Assembly: GCA_003669125.1 (NCBI GenBank)
Contig: QWQF01000151.1
Coordinates: 1 to 56,275 of the forward strand
From: Planctomycetota bacterium
GTDB taxonomy: Bacteria; Planctomycetota; Planctomycetia; Planctomycetales; Planctomycetaceae
DNA: 56,275 bases
Reading direction: 5' to 3'
Under the pieces are notes generated by a model. That model saw nothing but the letters and a program-made list of their open reading frames with translations. It ran no database searches and was not told the origin of the DNA. Positions 19,222-28,940 of the stretch are shown piece after piece (positions within the stretch are counted from its first letter, which is position 1; each line of letters starts with the position of its first letter). The translations under genes and the position numbers were made by a program.

Positions 19222-21120
19222 TCACTCCAAATACGTCGAACCGTTCGCGGCCAGTTCGTACTGCTTGACCGACTCGGCCGCGCGGGTCTGATCGATTCGT
19301 CCGGCGGTGATTTGAGCCCCAATCTGGCGCTGGAAGTTCTCCAGGCATTGCTGCTTGTCGTACTTCGCAAAGCTGAGCATGTCGGCGATTCGGCTGCCGG
19401 CGATGAGCTTCGTGATGTGATAGCGGCCGTCCGTGTCGATCACGACTTGAGCCTCCGTCGGATGCCCGAAGAGGTTGTGATGACTCCCCATCACTTCTTG
19501 GTACGCCCCGGTCAGAAACAGCGCGACGAAGTACGGTTGGTCGTCGAACTTGTGCAGCTCCAAAACTTGCTTGACGTCTTTCAGATCGACGAACCGGTCG
19601 ATGCAGCCGTCGGAATCGCAGGTCACATCGACCAGCGTCGCGAAATCGGTCGGACGCTCATGGAGCCGATGGATCGGCATGATCGGAAAGAGCTGGTTGA
19701 TCGCCCACGAGTCCGGGGCCGATCGAAAGACCGAGAAGTTGCAGAGATATTTTGTCGCCAGAATCCGCTTCAGTTCGTCGAACTCCGGCTCATCGGTCTC
19801 GGCCTGATGGGCGAGTTGCGAAGCCTTGGCGCAGATTTCCCAGAACAGCACCTCACCCTTGGCGCGATCTTCGAGGCTGACCAGTCCGAGATTGAACTGC
19901 GTGTGGAGTTCATCCTTTTGGTCGAGCGCGTCGTGGTAGTACTCGCGATAGTTTTTGATGCTGACGCCGTCGAGCAGCGACTTGAGTTCGTAGATCACCT
20001 GCGGATCGTCGTCATCGACGGCGGCGGTCGGGATGTCCTCGGCGAAGGTTTCGATCTCGTCCCGAATCTCCGTGACGAACAGCGTGTGATACGCCGTCAT
20101 CACTCGGCCGCTCTCGGTGACCAGATGCGGATGCGGGACTTGCTCGTCGTCGCAGACCGTCTTGATCGTGTAGACGACGTTGTTGGCGAACTCCTCGACG
20201 GAGTAATTCACCGAACCATCGAACGTCGTCTTCGAGCCGTCGTAATCGACCCCCAGTCCGCCGCCGATGTCGAGGTACTCGACCGCGACGCGCATCTGCC
20301 GAATCTTGGCGTACACGCGAGCCGCCTCCTTCATCGCGTTCTTCACCCGCTTGACGTCGGTGATCTGCGAGCCGATGTGGAAGTGCAGCAGCTTGAGCGA
20401 GTCGATCTTGCCGGCCGCTTGCAGCAGGTGGACGCACTCCAAAATCTCAGACGTCGTCAGTCCGAACTTCGCCGACTCGCCCCCCGACGACGCCCACTTG
20501 CCGGAGCCTTTCGAGTACAGCTTGGCCCGCAGCCCGATCCACGGCATCTCGCCGGTCTCGTTGGCGACTTTCAACGCCATCTTCAACTCATTGAGTTTCT
20601 CGACCACGATGACTACTCGCTTGCCGGCTTGCACGCCGAGCGACGCCAACCGCAAGAACGTCTCGTCCTTGAAGCCGTTACAGACCATCAAACTGTCGGC
20701 CGGCTGTTCGAGCGACAACGCGGCGTACAGCTCCGCCTTTGAGCCGCATTCGACACCGACACTTTGCTTCCGGCCTTCGCGCAGAAATTCCTCGACCACC
20801 TCGCGCCGCGGATTGACCTTCATCGGAAAGACCGGGAAGTGCCCGCCGGTGTACTCGAACTGCTTCGCGGCCGACTCGTAGGCCAAACACAACCGCTGCA
20901 ATTGAGCCGCCAGAATCTGCGGAAACCGGAGCACAAACGGCGGCGCGAGTTTGCGTTTGTCGATCAGCTCACGAACCAACTCGTAGGCGTCGGCGACACG
21001 AGCGTCCCCCTTGGCCGGATGCACCGCGAGATGCCCGTCGCGGTTGATCGAGAAATAACCCGCTCCCCAATTCTCAAGGCCGTAAATTCGTAGGACGTCG
21101 TCCAACGTGGCGGAATTCAT
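19222..21120 (-). CDS. speA: Biosynthetic arginine decarboxylase
   Basis: ATG at 21120 (MNSATLDDVLRIYGLENWGAGYFSIN...), the typical SpeA N-terminus. About 632 aa with an Orn/DAP/Arg decarboxylase fold. The longer track start at 21210 adds an atypical leader. Confidence 0.9.
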   Translation of the reverse strand: MNSATLDDVLRIYGLENWGAGYFSINRDGHLAVHPAKGDARVADAYELVRELIDKRKLAPPFVLRFPQILAAQLQRLCLAYESAAKQFEYTGGHFPVFPMKVNPRREVVEEFLREGRKQSVGVECGSKAELYAALSLEQPADSLMVCNGFKDETFLRLASLGVQAGKRVVIVVEKLNELKMALKVANETGEMPWIGLRAKLYSKGSGKWASSGGESAKFGLTTSEILECVHLLQAAGKIDSLKLLHFHIGSQITDVKRVKNAMKEAARVYAKIRQMRVAVEYLDIGGGLGVDYDGSKTTFDGSVNYSVEEFANNVVYTIKTVCDDEQVPHPHLVTESGRVMTAYHTLFVTEIRDEIETFAEDIPTAAVDDDDPQVIYELKSLLDGVSIKNYREYYHDALDQKDELHTQFNLGLVSLEDRAKGEVLFWEICAKASQLAHQAETDEPEFDELKRILATKYLCNFSVFRSAPDSWAINQLFPIMPIHRLHERPTDFATLVDVTCDSDGCIDRFVDLKDVKQVLELHKFDDQPYFVALFLTGAYQEVMGSHHNLFGHPTEAQVVIDTDGRYHITKLIAGSRIADMLSFAKYDKQQCLENFQRQIGAQITAGRIDQTRAAESVKQYELAANGSTYLE

Positions 21121-21206
21121 GCCCCGATCCTTTTGCGTGGTGGATGCGTCTCGCATCCAACTCCCCTGCAACGCCGCGAGACGCGTTGCCCACGTTAGCC
21201 CAACGC

Positions 21207-24200
21207 TCAATCCTTCGCGAGGTACGCAAACAGATCACGCAACTCCTGCGGCTTGAGTTGTCGATACAAATCGTCCGCCATCAGCGAGACCGGTGACTCG
21301 CGCAGTTCTTCGATGTTGGCCACGGCGACCGTGACTCGCTCGTTCTTCGCGTTGGCGATCGTCAGCCCCGCGTCGTTCCGCTCGACGATCATTCCGCTGA
21401 GCACTCGGCCATCGACCGTCTGCACGACGTGGCTGAGAAATTCCTTGCGGATGACGACGCTCGGATCGACCAAACTGATCAGCAGGTAATCGCGGTCCTT
21501 GCGATTGGCCGTCGTGAGGTCTGGGCCGAGCTTCGTCCCCTCGCCAAAAATCTGATGACACGCGGCACAGTGCTTCTTGTAGATCGCCTTGCCGGCTTCG
21601 ACGTTGCCGCCGGCCGCTCGCAGATCGTTGTTGAGCCGCCGCACCTCGGCCAACTTCTCCTCGCGACTCGCCGCCCCCAGCTTGCCCCAATGCTTCGTGA
21701 CCAGCGCGTCGAGGTCGCGGTCCTCGAACAGCGCGACGCGACGGACTTGATCGACCGGGATGTCACTCGCCTTGAGATGTCCCTGATCGACGAACTTCAG
21801 CAACGCCGCTGCCGACGCACGCCGCCCCAGGAACAGCTCGATCGTTTGAGACTTCGGCTTGGAGGACAGCTTCGGGAATGCTGACAGCAACGTGGCTGTG
21901 ACCGCAGCGCTGTTGAGCCGTGCCAGCACACTCGCTGCCGCCGAGCGAACCGCCTCCGGTTCCGTCGCCGACAACATCACCGCCAGCAGCGGTTCGGCCG
22001 ATACGGGTTCGACGGCATCGGCCACGAGGGCCAGCAAAGCCACACGACGACTGGCATCGGCTTGCGGATTCAGACACTCTTTCAACGTGCGGTCGTACGC
22101 CGGGCGATACTTCAGTCCGAGCGTGAACGAAAGCAACGTCGAATCTTCCAGCTTCGTCTGCCAGCGCGAAACGATCCACTCGGTCAGTTCCGGCGAGAGC
22201 AAAGCAAGCGTCGTGGGTGACGGCTCGCGCGGAGCCTCTCGCCATCCCGCCAGCAACGACGCGAGCAACCGATCTCGTTCGTCGTCGTTGGGCGCCGCTC
22301 GCAGCAACTGGAGACACGAAGCGTGGTCGGCTGCTGTCCCCTCGGCCGCGTAACGCCGCACGAGCCGCGGCAGCAACGTCTCGCGTCCGAGCTTCGACTT
22401 CCACAACGACGGACGAACGAATCGCTTCATCACTTCGTCTCGCTCGCTGACGCTGTGCCGTTCGACCGCCCACCACCAGAGCAGCGGCAAATACGGATCG
22501 GCGCTGTCGATGTCCCGATTGATGTTCGCGTTGATGACCGGCATCGCCTGATGCGCCGGCAGCCGCGCGGCAGTGCAGGCCAGTTGCTGCCGCACATGGA
22601 CCGACGGGTCTTGTTCGGCAAAGTCGTCCAACCGATGAGCCATCGCCATCGAGACCGCTTGCTTGGGATCGCCGAGCAAGCGCACCGTCCACATCCGCAC
22701 GGCAGCATGTGGGCTGTCGAGCAGCTTGAAGGCCAGCGCCTCATCAAAGCCGCCGCAGACATTGAGCGTCCACAACGCCTCGAGCGCGGCGGTTTCGTCG
22801 CCGTCGTTCAACGCCGTTTGTCGCTGTTTCTCGACACTAGCACGAAGCGCGAGCGAGTGGTCGTTCGTCGGTTGACCACTCGCTGGCGCGTCGTGCTTCT
22901 GAGGCAAGCGCCGAGCCAACTCTTGTCGCGCGTGTCGGACGTACCACTGACTGCGATGCGAATGCCGCTTCAGCAATTCTTCGGCCGACAGCTTTGAGAA
23001 GTCGATCGGCACAGCGGGCTTCGTCCCCTTCGCGGCGATGCAATAGATGCGTCCATTCGAGCGATCCCACTCGGCATCCGGATCGGGATGTGCCGTTCGC
23101 GAGTCGTGCCAATCGGAAACGTAAATCGCGCCGTTCGGTCCCATCGTCACATCAGTCGGTGCGAACCACGAATCGTTCGCAACCAGCAACTCGCCTCCGT
23201 GAGTTGTCTGAATCGTTGAACCGCGTTGCTCGATGTTGTGCCAATACACGCCGTGGCCCAGCAGATCGCCGGAGATGTACTTGCCTCGAAACGACTCTGG
23301 AAACGAGTCCCCTTGATAGACGATGCCACCGACCGTCACATGTCCGCCGCGAAAGTTCTTGTGCAGTGCGTGATCGAAGAAACCGTAGGCGTGTGGGTTG
23401 TGCAATGCTCCGTGCTTGGCGAACGCCTTCACGAAGCTGCCGCCTTGCACTCCATGCAGCAGCACATGCCCGCCCCAGTTCGTGCTGTAGAACAGGTTGC
23501 CGACGCGATCAAAGTCCAAGCCCCACGAGTTACCGCCTCCTTCGCAGAAGAGTTCAAACTCACGCGTCAGCGGGTGATAGCGCCACACGCCTTGTTGAAA
23601 CTCGATGCCGCGCACGTTCGCAGTCACGGTGCTCCCTTGGCAGCCGTACAACCAACCGTCCGGTCCGAACGTCAGCGAGTTCGCGACGCTGTGAGCGTCC
23701 TCCATGCCAAAGCCGCTGAGCAACACTTCGGGATCACCGTCCGGAACGTCATCGCGATTGCGGTCGGGATAGAACAACAAGTAGGGCACATTGAGCACAA
23801 ACACGCCATCATGCCCGAACGCGATTCCGGTCGTGAGATTCAGCCCGTCGATGAAATCGCGACCACGATCCATGCGGCCGTCACCGTCGGTGTCTTCGAG
23901 GATCGTGATCCGATCCACTCCGCGCGGCCCCTTCGGCGGCGGCTCCGGCACGCGGTCGTACTTCGTCCGCGAGAAGCGATCAACCTGCACACGCTTCAGG
24001 CCCGCCGGGTTCGGGTACTGCAAATACTGAATGACCCACAAGCGGCCACGATCATCGAACTCAATCGCCACTGGCTGTCGTACAAGCGGCTCGCTGGCGA
24101 CAACGCTGACCTCGAAGCCGTCAGCCACCTTCATCCGCTTGACGGCCTCGTCGGGCGAGTAGCCTTGGCCGAACGCAGTTATCGCGAGGTGCGCCAGCAG

Positions 24201-24242
24201 GCCAATGGCAATGAGGCAAACTCTGCAAGCCGTTCGGGGCAT
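21207..24242 (-). CDS. PVC-type heme-binding protein: sorbosone/glucose dehydrogenase-like beta-propeller, HEAT repeats and a C-terminal cytochrome c domain
   Basis: ATG at 24242 preceded by GGAGG. Signal peptide MPRTACRVCLIAIGLLAHLAITAFG. The long N-terminal domain is compatible with a soluble dehydrogenase propeller. HEAT-like middle region. C-terminal CAACH heme motif. The C-terminal ~130 aa parallel the protein at 1-1133. Confidence 0.85.
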   Translation of the reverse strand: MPRTACRVCLIAIGLLAHLAITAFGQGYSPDEAVKRMKVADGFEVSVVASEPLVRQPVAIEFDDRGRLWVIQYLQYPNPAGLKRVQVDRFSRTKYDRVPEPPPKGPRGVDRITILEDTDGDGRMDRGRDFIDGLNLTTGIAFGHDGVFVLNVPYLLFYPDRNRDDVPDGDPEVLLSGFGMEDAHSVANSLTFGPDGWLYGCQGSTVTANVRGIEFQQGVWRYHPLTREFELFCEGGGNSWGLDFDRVGNLFYSTNWGGHVLLHGVQGGSFVKAFAKHGALHNPHAYGFFDHALHKNFRGGHVTVGGIVYQGDSFPESFRGKYISGDLLGHGVYWHNIEQRGSTIQTTHGGELLVANDSWFAPTDVTMGPNGAIYVSDWHDSRTAHPDPDAEWDRSNGRIYCIAAKGTKPAVPIDFSKLSAEELLKRHSHRSQWYVRHARQELARRLPQKHDAPASGQPTNDHSLALRASVEKQRQTALNDGDETAALEALWTLNVCGGFDEALAFKLLDSPHAAVRMWTVRLLGDPKQAVSMAMAHRLDDFAEQDPSVHVRQQLACTAARLPAHQAMPVINANINRDIDSADPYLPLLWWWAVERHSVSERDEVMKRFVRPSLWKSKLGRETLLPRLVRRYAAEGTAADHASCLQLLRAAPNDDERDRLLASLLAGWREAPREPSPTTLALLSPELTEWIVSRWQTKLEDSTLLSFTLGLKYRPAYDRTLKECLNPQADASRRVALLALVADAVEPVSAEPLLAVMLSATEPEAVRSAAASVLARLNSAAVTATLLSAFPKLSSKPKSQTIELFLGRRASAAALLKFVDQGHLKASDIPVDQVRRVALFEDRDLDALVTKHWGKLGAASREEKLAEVRRLNNDLRAAGGNVEAGKAIYKKHCAACHQIFGEGTKLGPDLTTANRKDRDYLLISLVDPSVVIRKEFLSHVVQTVDGRVLSGMIVERNDAGLTIANAKNERVTVAVANIEELRESPVSLMADDLYRQLKPQELRDLFAYLAKD

Positions 24243-24311
24243 TGGGGCCTCCAAATCGAAGGGCGCGTACCAAGTGGAGGATGGACACTCCTGCTCGTCC
24301 TGCGGTTCACG

Positions 24312-24338
24312 AAAAAGGACGGGCAAGAGTGCCCGCCC
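24312..24338 (-). terminator. Candidate intrinsic terminator after the 24375-25463 gene
   Basis: On the minus strand: gggcgggca-ctct-tgcccgtcc (9-bp stem with one G-U pair) followed by TTTTT. Confidence 0.55.
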
Positions 24339-24374
24339 TACGGATTGCCTGGCAGGTTCAAAACTTGCCCCTCG

Positions 24375-25463
24375 CTACGGCAGCGCGATCGTCCGCAACT
24401 CAAACGAATTTGTGACGATCACGGCATGCGTGCTGTTCAGCTTGTCGAGCTGCACAACCCCTTCGAGTTCCTTGATCGTCTCGTAGGACTGGCCGGCGAT
24501 GCCGGTGGCTCCGCGAACCGGTTCGGTGATACCCGGATTCTTGGTGATACCCTCGGTCGTGATCTTCATCACTCCGCGAGCACTATTGGCCATCAGCAAG
24601 TAATCTTTGCCATCTTTCTTGTAGACGATCATGTCGAGCGGCTGGTTGCGGTTGCCGAGTTCGGCGACCGTCGTGCCACGAGTCTTCTCGCCCGGCTTCA
24701 GGCTGTTCACAGGAAACTTCACGAGCGGCGTGCAGGTGAAGCCCGCCAACAAGCTCGCTTCGCCATCGATGTTGATCGGCAGGAACGTGCGAACGACGGC
24801 GGTGTCCTCGAACTTGCCGTGAGCGCCGTGGTAGATTTCGACGCTCGTGCCGGCATTCGCATCCGTGAACGGGAACGGAATCTCGCGCACGTTGGACGGC
24901 GAACCGCCAGCCACGCCGGAGACATAAACCTTCCCTTCGGCATACGCGATGTCGGTGATCGATTGGCCGCGCAGATTGGCCGGGCCGCGCTTCGTTGCGA
25001 CTTCTTTGTCCTCCGGAGCGTTCGGCAGTTCGACTTTCTGGAACGGAATTTTTTGCAGCCCGACTTGGCTCAGCTTGCCGTCAGCCGTGATCTTCACCAC
25101 CGCCGCGCTTCCCGCCTTCGAAACCGACAGGAAGACGTTGCCCGTCAACGGATTCACGGCCAGATCGTTAATCGCGATCTTGTCGGCGTTCACACCGAGT
25201 GTCTCGGCGACTTTCGCATTCAGTCCGGAGACGTTGATCTGCACCTTGCTCGGATCGCCCTTGGTGTCGCCGGTACCGAGCGCGAAGACGGTGGCTCCTT
25301 TGGCATCGCCGACGAACAAAATCCCATCCGGACCAAACGCCAGCGAGCCCGCCGATTTGAGTTCCGGAGTCCCTTCCTTCAAGCCCCACTCCGCTCCGAA
25401 GGCGGTGCTCATCGAGACCAACAGACCAGCGATGACACAGGACACCGAACGACTCGCTCGCAT
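24375..25463 (-). CDS. Secreted hypothetical protein (beta-rich, possibly propeller-like)
   Basis: ATG at 25463. Signal peptide MRASRSVSCVIAGLLVSMSTAFGA. Coding-like composition over 362 codons. I recognise no family motif. Confidence 0.6.
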   Translation of the reverse strand: MRASRSVSCVIAGLLVSMSTAFGAEWGLKEGTPELKSAGSLAFGPDGILFVGDAKGATVFALGTGDTKGDPSKVQINVSGLNAKVAETLGVNADKIAINDLAVNPLTGNVFLSVSKAGSAAVVKITADGKLSQVGLQKIPFQKVELPNAPEDKEVATKRGPANLRGQSITDIAYAEGKVYVSGVAGGSPSNVREIPFPFTDANAGTSVEIYHGAHGKFEDTAVVRTFLPINIDGEASLLAGFTCTPLVKFPVNSLKPGEKTRGTTVAELGNRNQPLDMIVYKKDGKDYLLMANSARGVMKITTEGITKNPGITEPVRGATGIAGQSYETIKELEGVVQLDKLNSTHAVIVTNSFELRTIALP

Positions 25464-25602
25464 GATTCACTCCTGCTGAAGAATTCCCGCTCGGTGCCTG
25501 CCGCCACGCGAACAAGTCACCCAGCAACGTCGGGCGAGCAGTATGCAATCCGCCGTTGGGAATGAAAACCAAGCGAGACTCACGGCTGCCAAAGTTGCCG
25601 AG

Positions 25603-25647
25603 CAAAAAACAAAAGCACCCCGGTCCCTTCAACTTGGACCGGGGTGC
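25603..25647 (-). terminator. Intrinsic terminator of nrdJ
   Basis: Perfect 12-bp GC-rich stem (gcaccccggtcc / ggaccggggtgc) with a 9-nt loop. On the minus strand it is followed by TTTTGTTTTTTG, about 60 nt after the nrdJ stop. Confidence 0.8.
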
Positions 25648-25705
25648 TCGATGCCAGGACGAACCGCTCCGTCAGCAGCATCCCGTGCGTTTCGCAGAAC
25701 AGGAA

Positions 25706-28700
25706 CTACGAGCAGCCCAGGCTGGCTCCGCAGTTGTGGCAGAGGTAGCAGTTGCCGTTGCGGACGGTGATCGCTCCGCAACTGTCGCAGGCCGGCGCGT
25801 CGCTTTGGAAACGGGCGAATTGCAGGTTGCGAACGGCGGGGCTATCGCCCGATTCCGGGAGAACGCCCAACGCGGAACTCAAGCCAGCTGCGTTGACGTG
25901 CGTCTCGATCAACGAAGCCAACTCTTTGGTGACGGAGTCGGTCGTGGCTGCGGGCGCGGCGTGTCCGTTGCCATGACCGTTGTTGCCGTTGAATCGCGGG
26001 CTGTTCGCTTCGCGATAGCCGGCGACGAACTCCATGCCGAGCCAGCGGTAGATGTAATCGACCACCGACTTGGCGTGCGGGATGTCTTGGCTCTTCGTCC
26101 AACCGCTCGGCTCAAAGCGGCTGTGCGAAAACTTCTCGACGAAGACTTGCACCGGCACTCCGTATTGCAGGCCCATCGAAGTCAGCGTGCCGATGACGTC
26201 CATCAGACCGCCAATCGTGCTGCCCTCTTTGGCCATCGTGATGAAGAGTTCACCTGGCGTGTTGTCCTCGAACAGGCCGACGGTGATGTAGCCATCATGA
26301 TTGCCGACGCTGAACTTGTGAGTGATCGAGTTCCGCGTCGCAGGCAAGCGACGGCGAGTCGGTTGCCCCAGAGCCGTCTCGACGGTGCCGTCTGCCTTTT
26401 TCTTGTCGCCCTCTTTCGACGTGTTCAACGGCTGCGATTGCTTTGAGCCGTCGCGGTAGATCGCGAGCGCCTTGAGGCCCAACTTCCAGCCGTCGATGTA
26501 GGCGTCCTCGATGTCCTCGACCGTCGAATCGGCCGGCATGTTGACCGTCTTCGAGATCGCCCCGCTCAAGAACGGCTGAGCGGCGGCCATCATCTTGACG
26601 TGCCCGCGCCAGTGGATCGTCCGAACCCCCTTGGGAGCCTTGAAGGCACAGTCGAAGACCGGCAAGTCTTCGTTCCGCAGGTTCGGAGCACCTTCGATCG
26701 TGTCGTTCTTTTCGAGGTAATCGAGAATGCCCTCAATCTGCGGCTGATCGTAGCCGAGCGACTTGAGCGCAACCGGCACGGTGCGGTTGATGATCTTCAA
26801 CATGCCACCGCCGGCGAGCTGCTTGTACTTGATGAGCGCGATGTCCGGCTCGATGCCGGTCGTATCGCAGTCCATCATGAAGGCGATCGTGCCGGTCGGC
26901 GCGAGCACCGTCGCCTGAGCGTTTCGATACCCGTACTTGCGGCCCGATTCGAAACACTCGTCCCAAACTTGCTGAGCCGCCTGCCGCAAATAATCAGGGC
27001 AGCACGGGTCGATGCGATACGCAGCCTCGCGGTGCATCGACATCACTTGGAGCATTGGCTGCTCGTTCTCGGCATAACCGGCGAACGTCCCGATGCTGCT
27101 GGCGATGCGACTCGACGTGAGGTACGCCTGCCCGTTGAGCAACGCCGTGATTGATCCGCACACGCCGCGACCGGCGTCGCTGTCGTACGGAATACCCCAC
27201 GACATCAACAAGCTGCCGAGGTTCGCGTAGCCGAGCCCCAACGGCCGGAACAGATGGCTGTTCTCGGCGATCGCCGGAGTCGGGTAACTGGCGTGATCGA
27301 CAAGAATTTCCTGAGCGGTGATGAAGATCGCGCACGCTCGGCGGAAGCTGTCGATGTCGAACTTGTTCCCCTCACGCGAGAACTTGCGGAGGTTGATGCT
27401 CGCCAGATTGCAGGCCGTGTCGTCGAGGAACATGTACTCGGAGCACGGATTGCTGGCGTTGATGCGGCCAGTGTTGGGGCAGGTGTGCCAGCGATTGATC
27501 GTCGTGTCGTATTGCACGCCGGGGTCACCGCAGATCCACGTTCCGGAGGCCATCTCGCGCATCATGTATTTCGCGTCGTATTCCGGGCCGGCCTTGTTGG
27601 CGTCGGTGACCCAGTGCGTCCGCCACTTCTTGCCTTCGAGGGCCGACTGCATGAATTCGTCGCTGAGTCGCACCGACAAGTTCGCGTTCTGGAACATGAT
27701 CGAGCTGTAGGCTTCGCCGTTGAAGTTCGATTCGTACTCACCCGAGTCGATCAACAGCCGAGCCTTCTTCTCTTCCTTCGTCTTGCACTGAATGAATTCG
27801 AGAATGTCCGGATGCCAGTCCTTGAGGCTCTGCATCTTGGCCGCTCGGCGAGTCTTCCCGCCCGACTTCACGACCGCTGCGATCTGGTCGTAGACCCGCA
27901 TGAACGACAACGGCCCCGATGGGATTCCGCCGCCGGAGAGCTTCTCTTTGGAAGAACGGATCGTGGACAGGTCAGTGCCGGTACCCGACCCAAACTTGAA
28001 CAACATCGCCTCGCTGCGAGCGAGACGCATGATGTCCTCCATGTTGTCTTCGACCGACTGAATGAAGCAGGCCGAGCCTTGCGGGAACTCATACGGCGTG
28101 TCGGGCCGGCGAATCGACTGCGTCTCCACGTCCCAGCGATAGTTCCCCTGCGAACCTTTGACTCCGTACTGGTGATACAGCCCGACGTTGAACCACACCG
28201 GCGAGTTGAAGCAGCCGTGCTGGTGCAGCAACAGCCAAGTCAGCTCGCGATAAAACGTCTCGCCGTCGGCCGGCGTCGCGAAGTAACCGTCCTTGATGCC
28301 CCAATCGGCCATCGTCCGCGAAACGCGATGAATCACCTGCCGCACGCTCGTCTCACGTTCGGGAGTCCCCGGCTCGCCGTAAAAATACTTGCTGACCACC
28401 ACGTTCGTCGCGAGTGCCGACCAGTCCTTCGGAACTTCGCAGTTGGTCTGCTCGAACAGCACCTTGCCGTTCTCGTCCTTGATCGCGGCCGTGCGGTAAT
28501 CCCATTCCGTCGTCGAGAACGGATCAACGTTTGCCGGGCAGAAGTGCGGAGCGATCTTCATCGGGGTCGTCTGGGGCGTGAAATGCGGCCCTGATGCGGG
28601 TGCGTTGCGAACTGCGGTTTCGCGATTCATCTGTCCGTTGCCTCCGTGACCGTTGTGGGAATTGTCGTTGTGCGAACGAGTGGTCGAAGCGGAAAGGTAG

Positions 28701-28735
28701 TCAGCATCCAAAAGCGTGTTGGCGTCGTGCATCAT
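25706..28735 (-). CDS. nrdJ: Adenosylcobalamin-dependent (class II) ribonucleotide reductase
   Basis: ATG at 28735 preceded by GAAGGAG. RNR core motifs are present (NPCSEY...LASINL, TGIEPDIALI). The characteristic C-terminal Cys-rich tail is CDSCGAITVRNGNCYLCHNCGASLGCS. About 1009 aa. Confidence 0.9.
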   Translation of the reverse strand: MMHDANTLLDADYLSASTTRSHNDNSHNGHGGNGQMNRETAVRNAPASGPHFTPQTTPMKIAPHFCPANVDPFSTTEWDYRTAAIKDENGKVLFEQTNCEVPKDWSALATNVVVSKYFYGEPGTPERETSVRQVIHRVSRTMADWGIKDGYFATPADGETFYRELTWLLLHQHGCFNSPVWFNVGLYHQYGVKGSQGNYRWDVETQSIRRPDTPYEFPQGSACFIQSVEDNMEDIMRLARSEAMLFKFGSGTGTDLSTIRSSKEKLSGGGIPSGPLSFMRVYDQIAAVVKSGGKTRRAAKMQSLKDWHPDILEFIQCKTKEEKKARLLIDSGEYESNFNGEAYSSIMFQNANLSVRLSDEFMQSALEGKKWRTHWVTDANKAGPEYDAKYMMREMASGTWICGDPGVQYDTTINRWHTCPNTGRINASNPCSEYMFLDDTACNLASINLRKFSREGNKFDIDSFRRACAIFITAQEILVDHASYPTPAIAENSHLFRPLGLGYANLGSLLMSWGIPYDSDAGRGVCGSITALLNGQAYLTSSRIASSIGTFAGYAENEQPMLQVMSMHREAAYRIDPCCPDYLRQAAQQVWDECFESGRKYGYRNAQATVLAPTGTIAFMMDCDTTGIEPDIALIKYKQLAGGGMLKIINRTVPVALKSLGYDQPQIEGILDYLEKNDTIEGAPNLRNEDLPVFDCAFKAPKGVRTIHWRGHVKMMAAAQPFLSGAISKTVNMPADSTVEDIEDAYIDGWKLGLKALAIYRDGSKQSQPLNTSKEGDKKKADGTVETALGQPTRRRLPATRNSITHKFSVGNHDGYITVGLFEDNTPGELFITMAKEGSTIGGLMDVIGTLTSMGLQYGVPVQVFVEKFSHSRFEPSGWTKSQDIPHAKSVVDYIYRWLGMEFVAGYREANSPRFNGNNGHGNGHAAPAATTDSVTKELASLIETHVNAAGLSSALGVLPESGDSPAVRNLQFARFQSDAPACDSCGAITVRNGNCYLCHNCGASLGCS

Positions 28736-28875
28736 GCACTCCTTCAACCAAGAGAAATGAAACAAGGGGGAGCCGGGGCCTCTTGACCCGCTCGAAAGCA
28801 ACCTCCTGCCGGGAAACTACCGTGAAAAAAGCGAATTTCAGGCGACCAAGAACCAGTCAACCGACGAGAATCGAA

Positions 28876-28923
28876 CCACAACTAATTGTGGGACCAAGAT
28901 AGGTCAGGCCCCGCATCTAGTGT
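28876..28923 (-). promoter_or_regulatory. Candidate tandem NrdR boxes in the nrdJ leader
   Basis: On the minus strand: ACACTAGATGCGGGGC (28923-28908) and CCACAATTAGTTGTGG (28891-28876). Their starts are 32 nt apart. They match 10/16 and 11/16 positions of the published NrdR-box consensus acaCwAtATaTwGtgt. The second box is a CCACAA/TTGTGG palindrome. Confidence 0.45.
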
Positions 28924-28940
28924 GTGGAAACCGGGTCGGA

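Noticed and set aside
21121-21206. Hairpins (ggatgcg-tct-cgcatcc; caacgc...gcgttg) between the heme-dehydrogenase stop and the speA start, considered as a terminator or attenuator.
   Set aside because: The stems are short and no T-tract follows on the transcribed (minus) strand. They cannot be distinguished from chance structure in GC-rich sequence.
25706-28735. An intein or insertion in the 1009-aa NrdJ.
   Set aside because: The length is within the range of long class II RNRs. The extra sequence looks like short His/Asn/Gly-rich low-complexity patches at both ends, with no intein splice-junction blocks visible.
28866-28892. tRNA-like GGTTCGATTC (minus strand) near 28870, a possible T-arm.
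   Set aside because: The flanking bases do not form a T-stem (TGTGG versus CTCGT). No acceptor or anticodon arms can be drawn. The sequence overlaps the candidate NrdR box instead.
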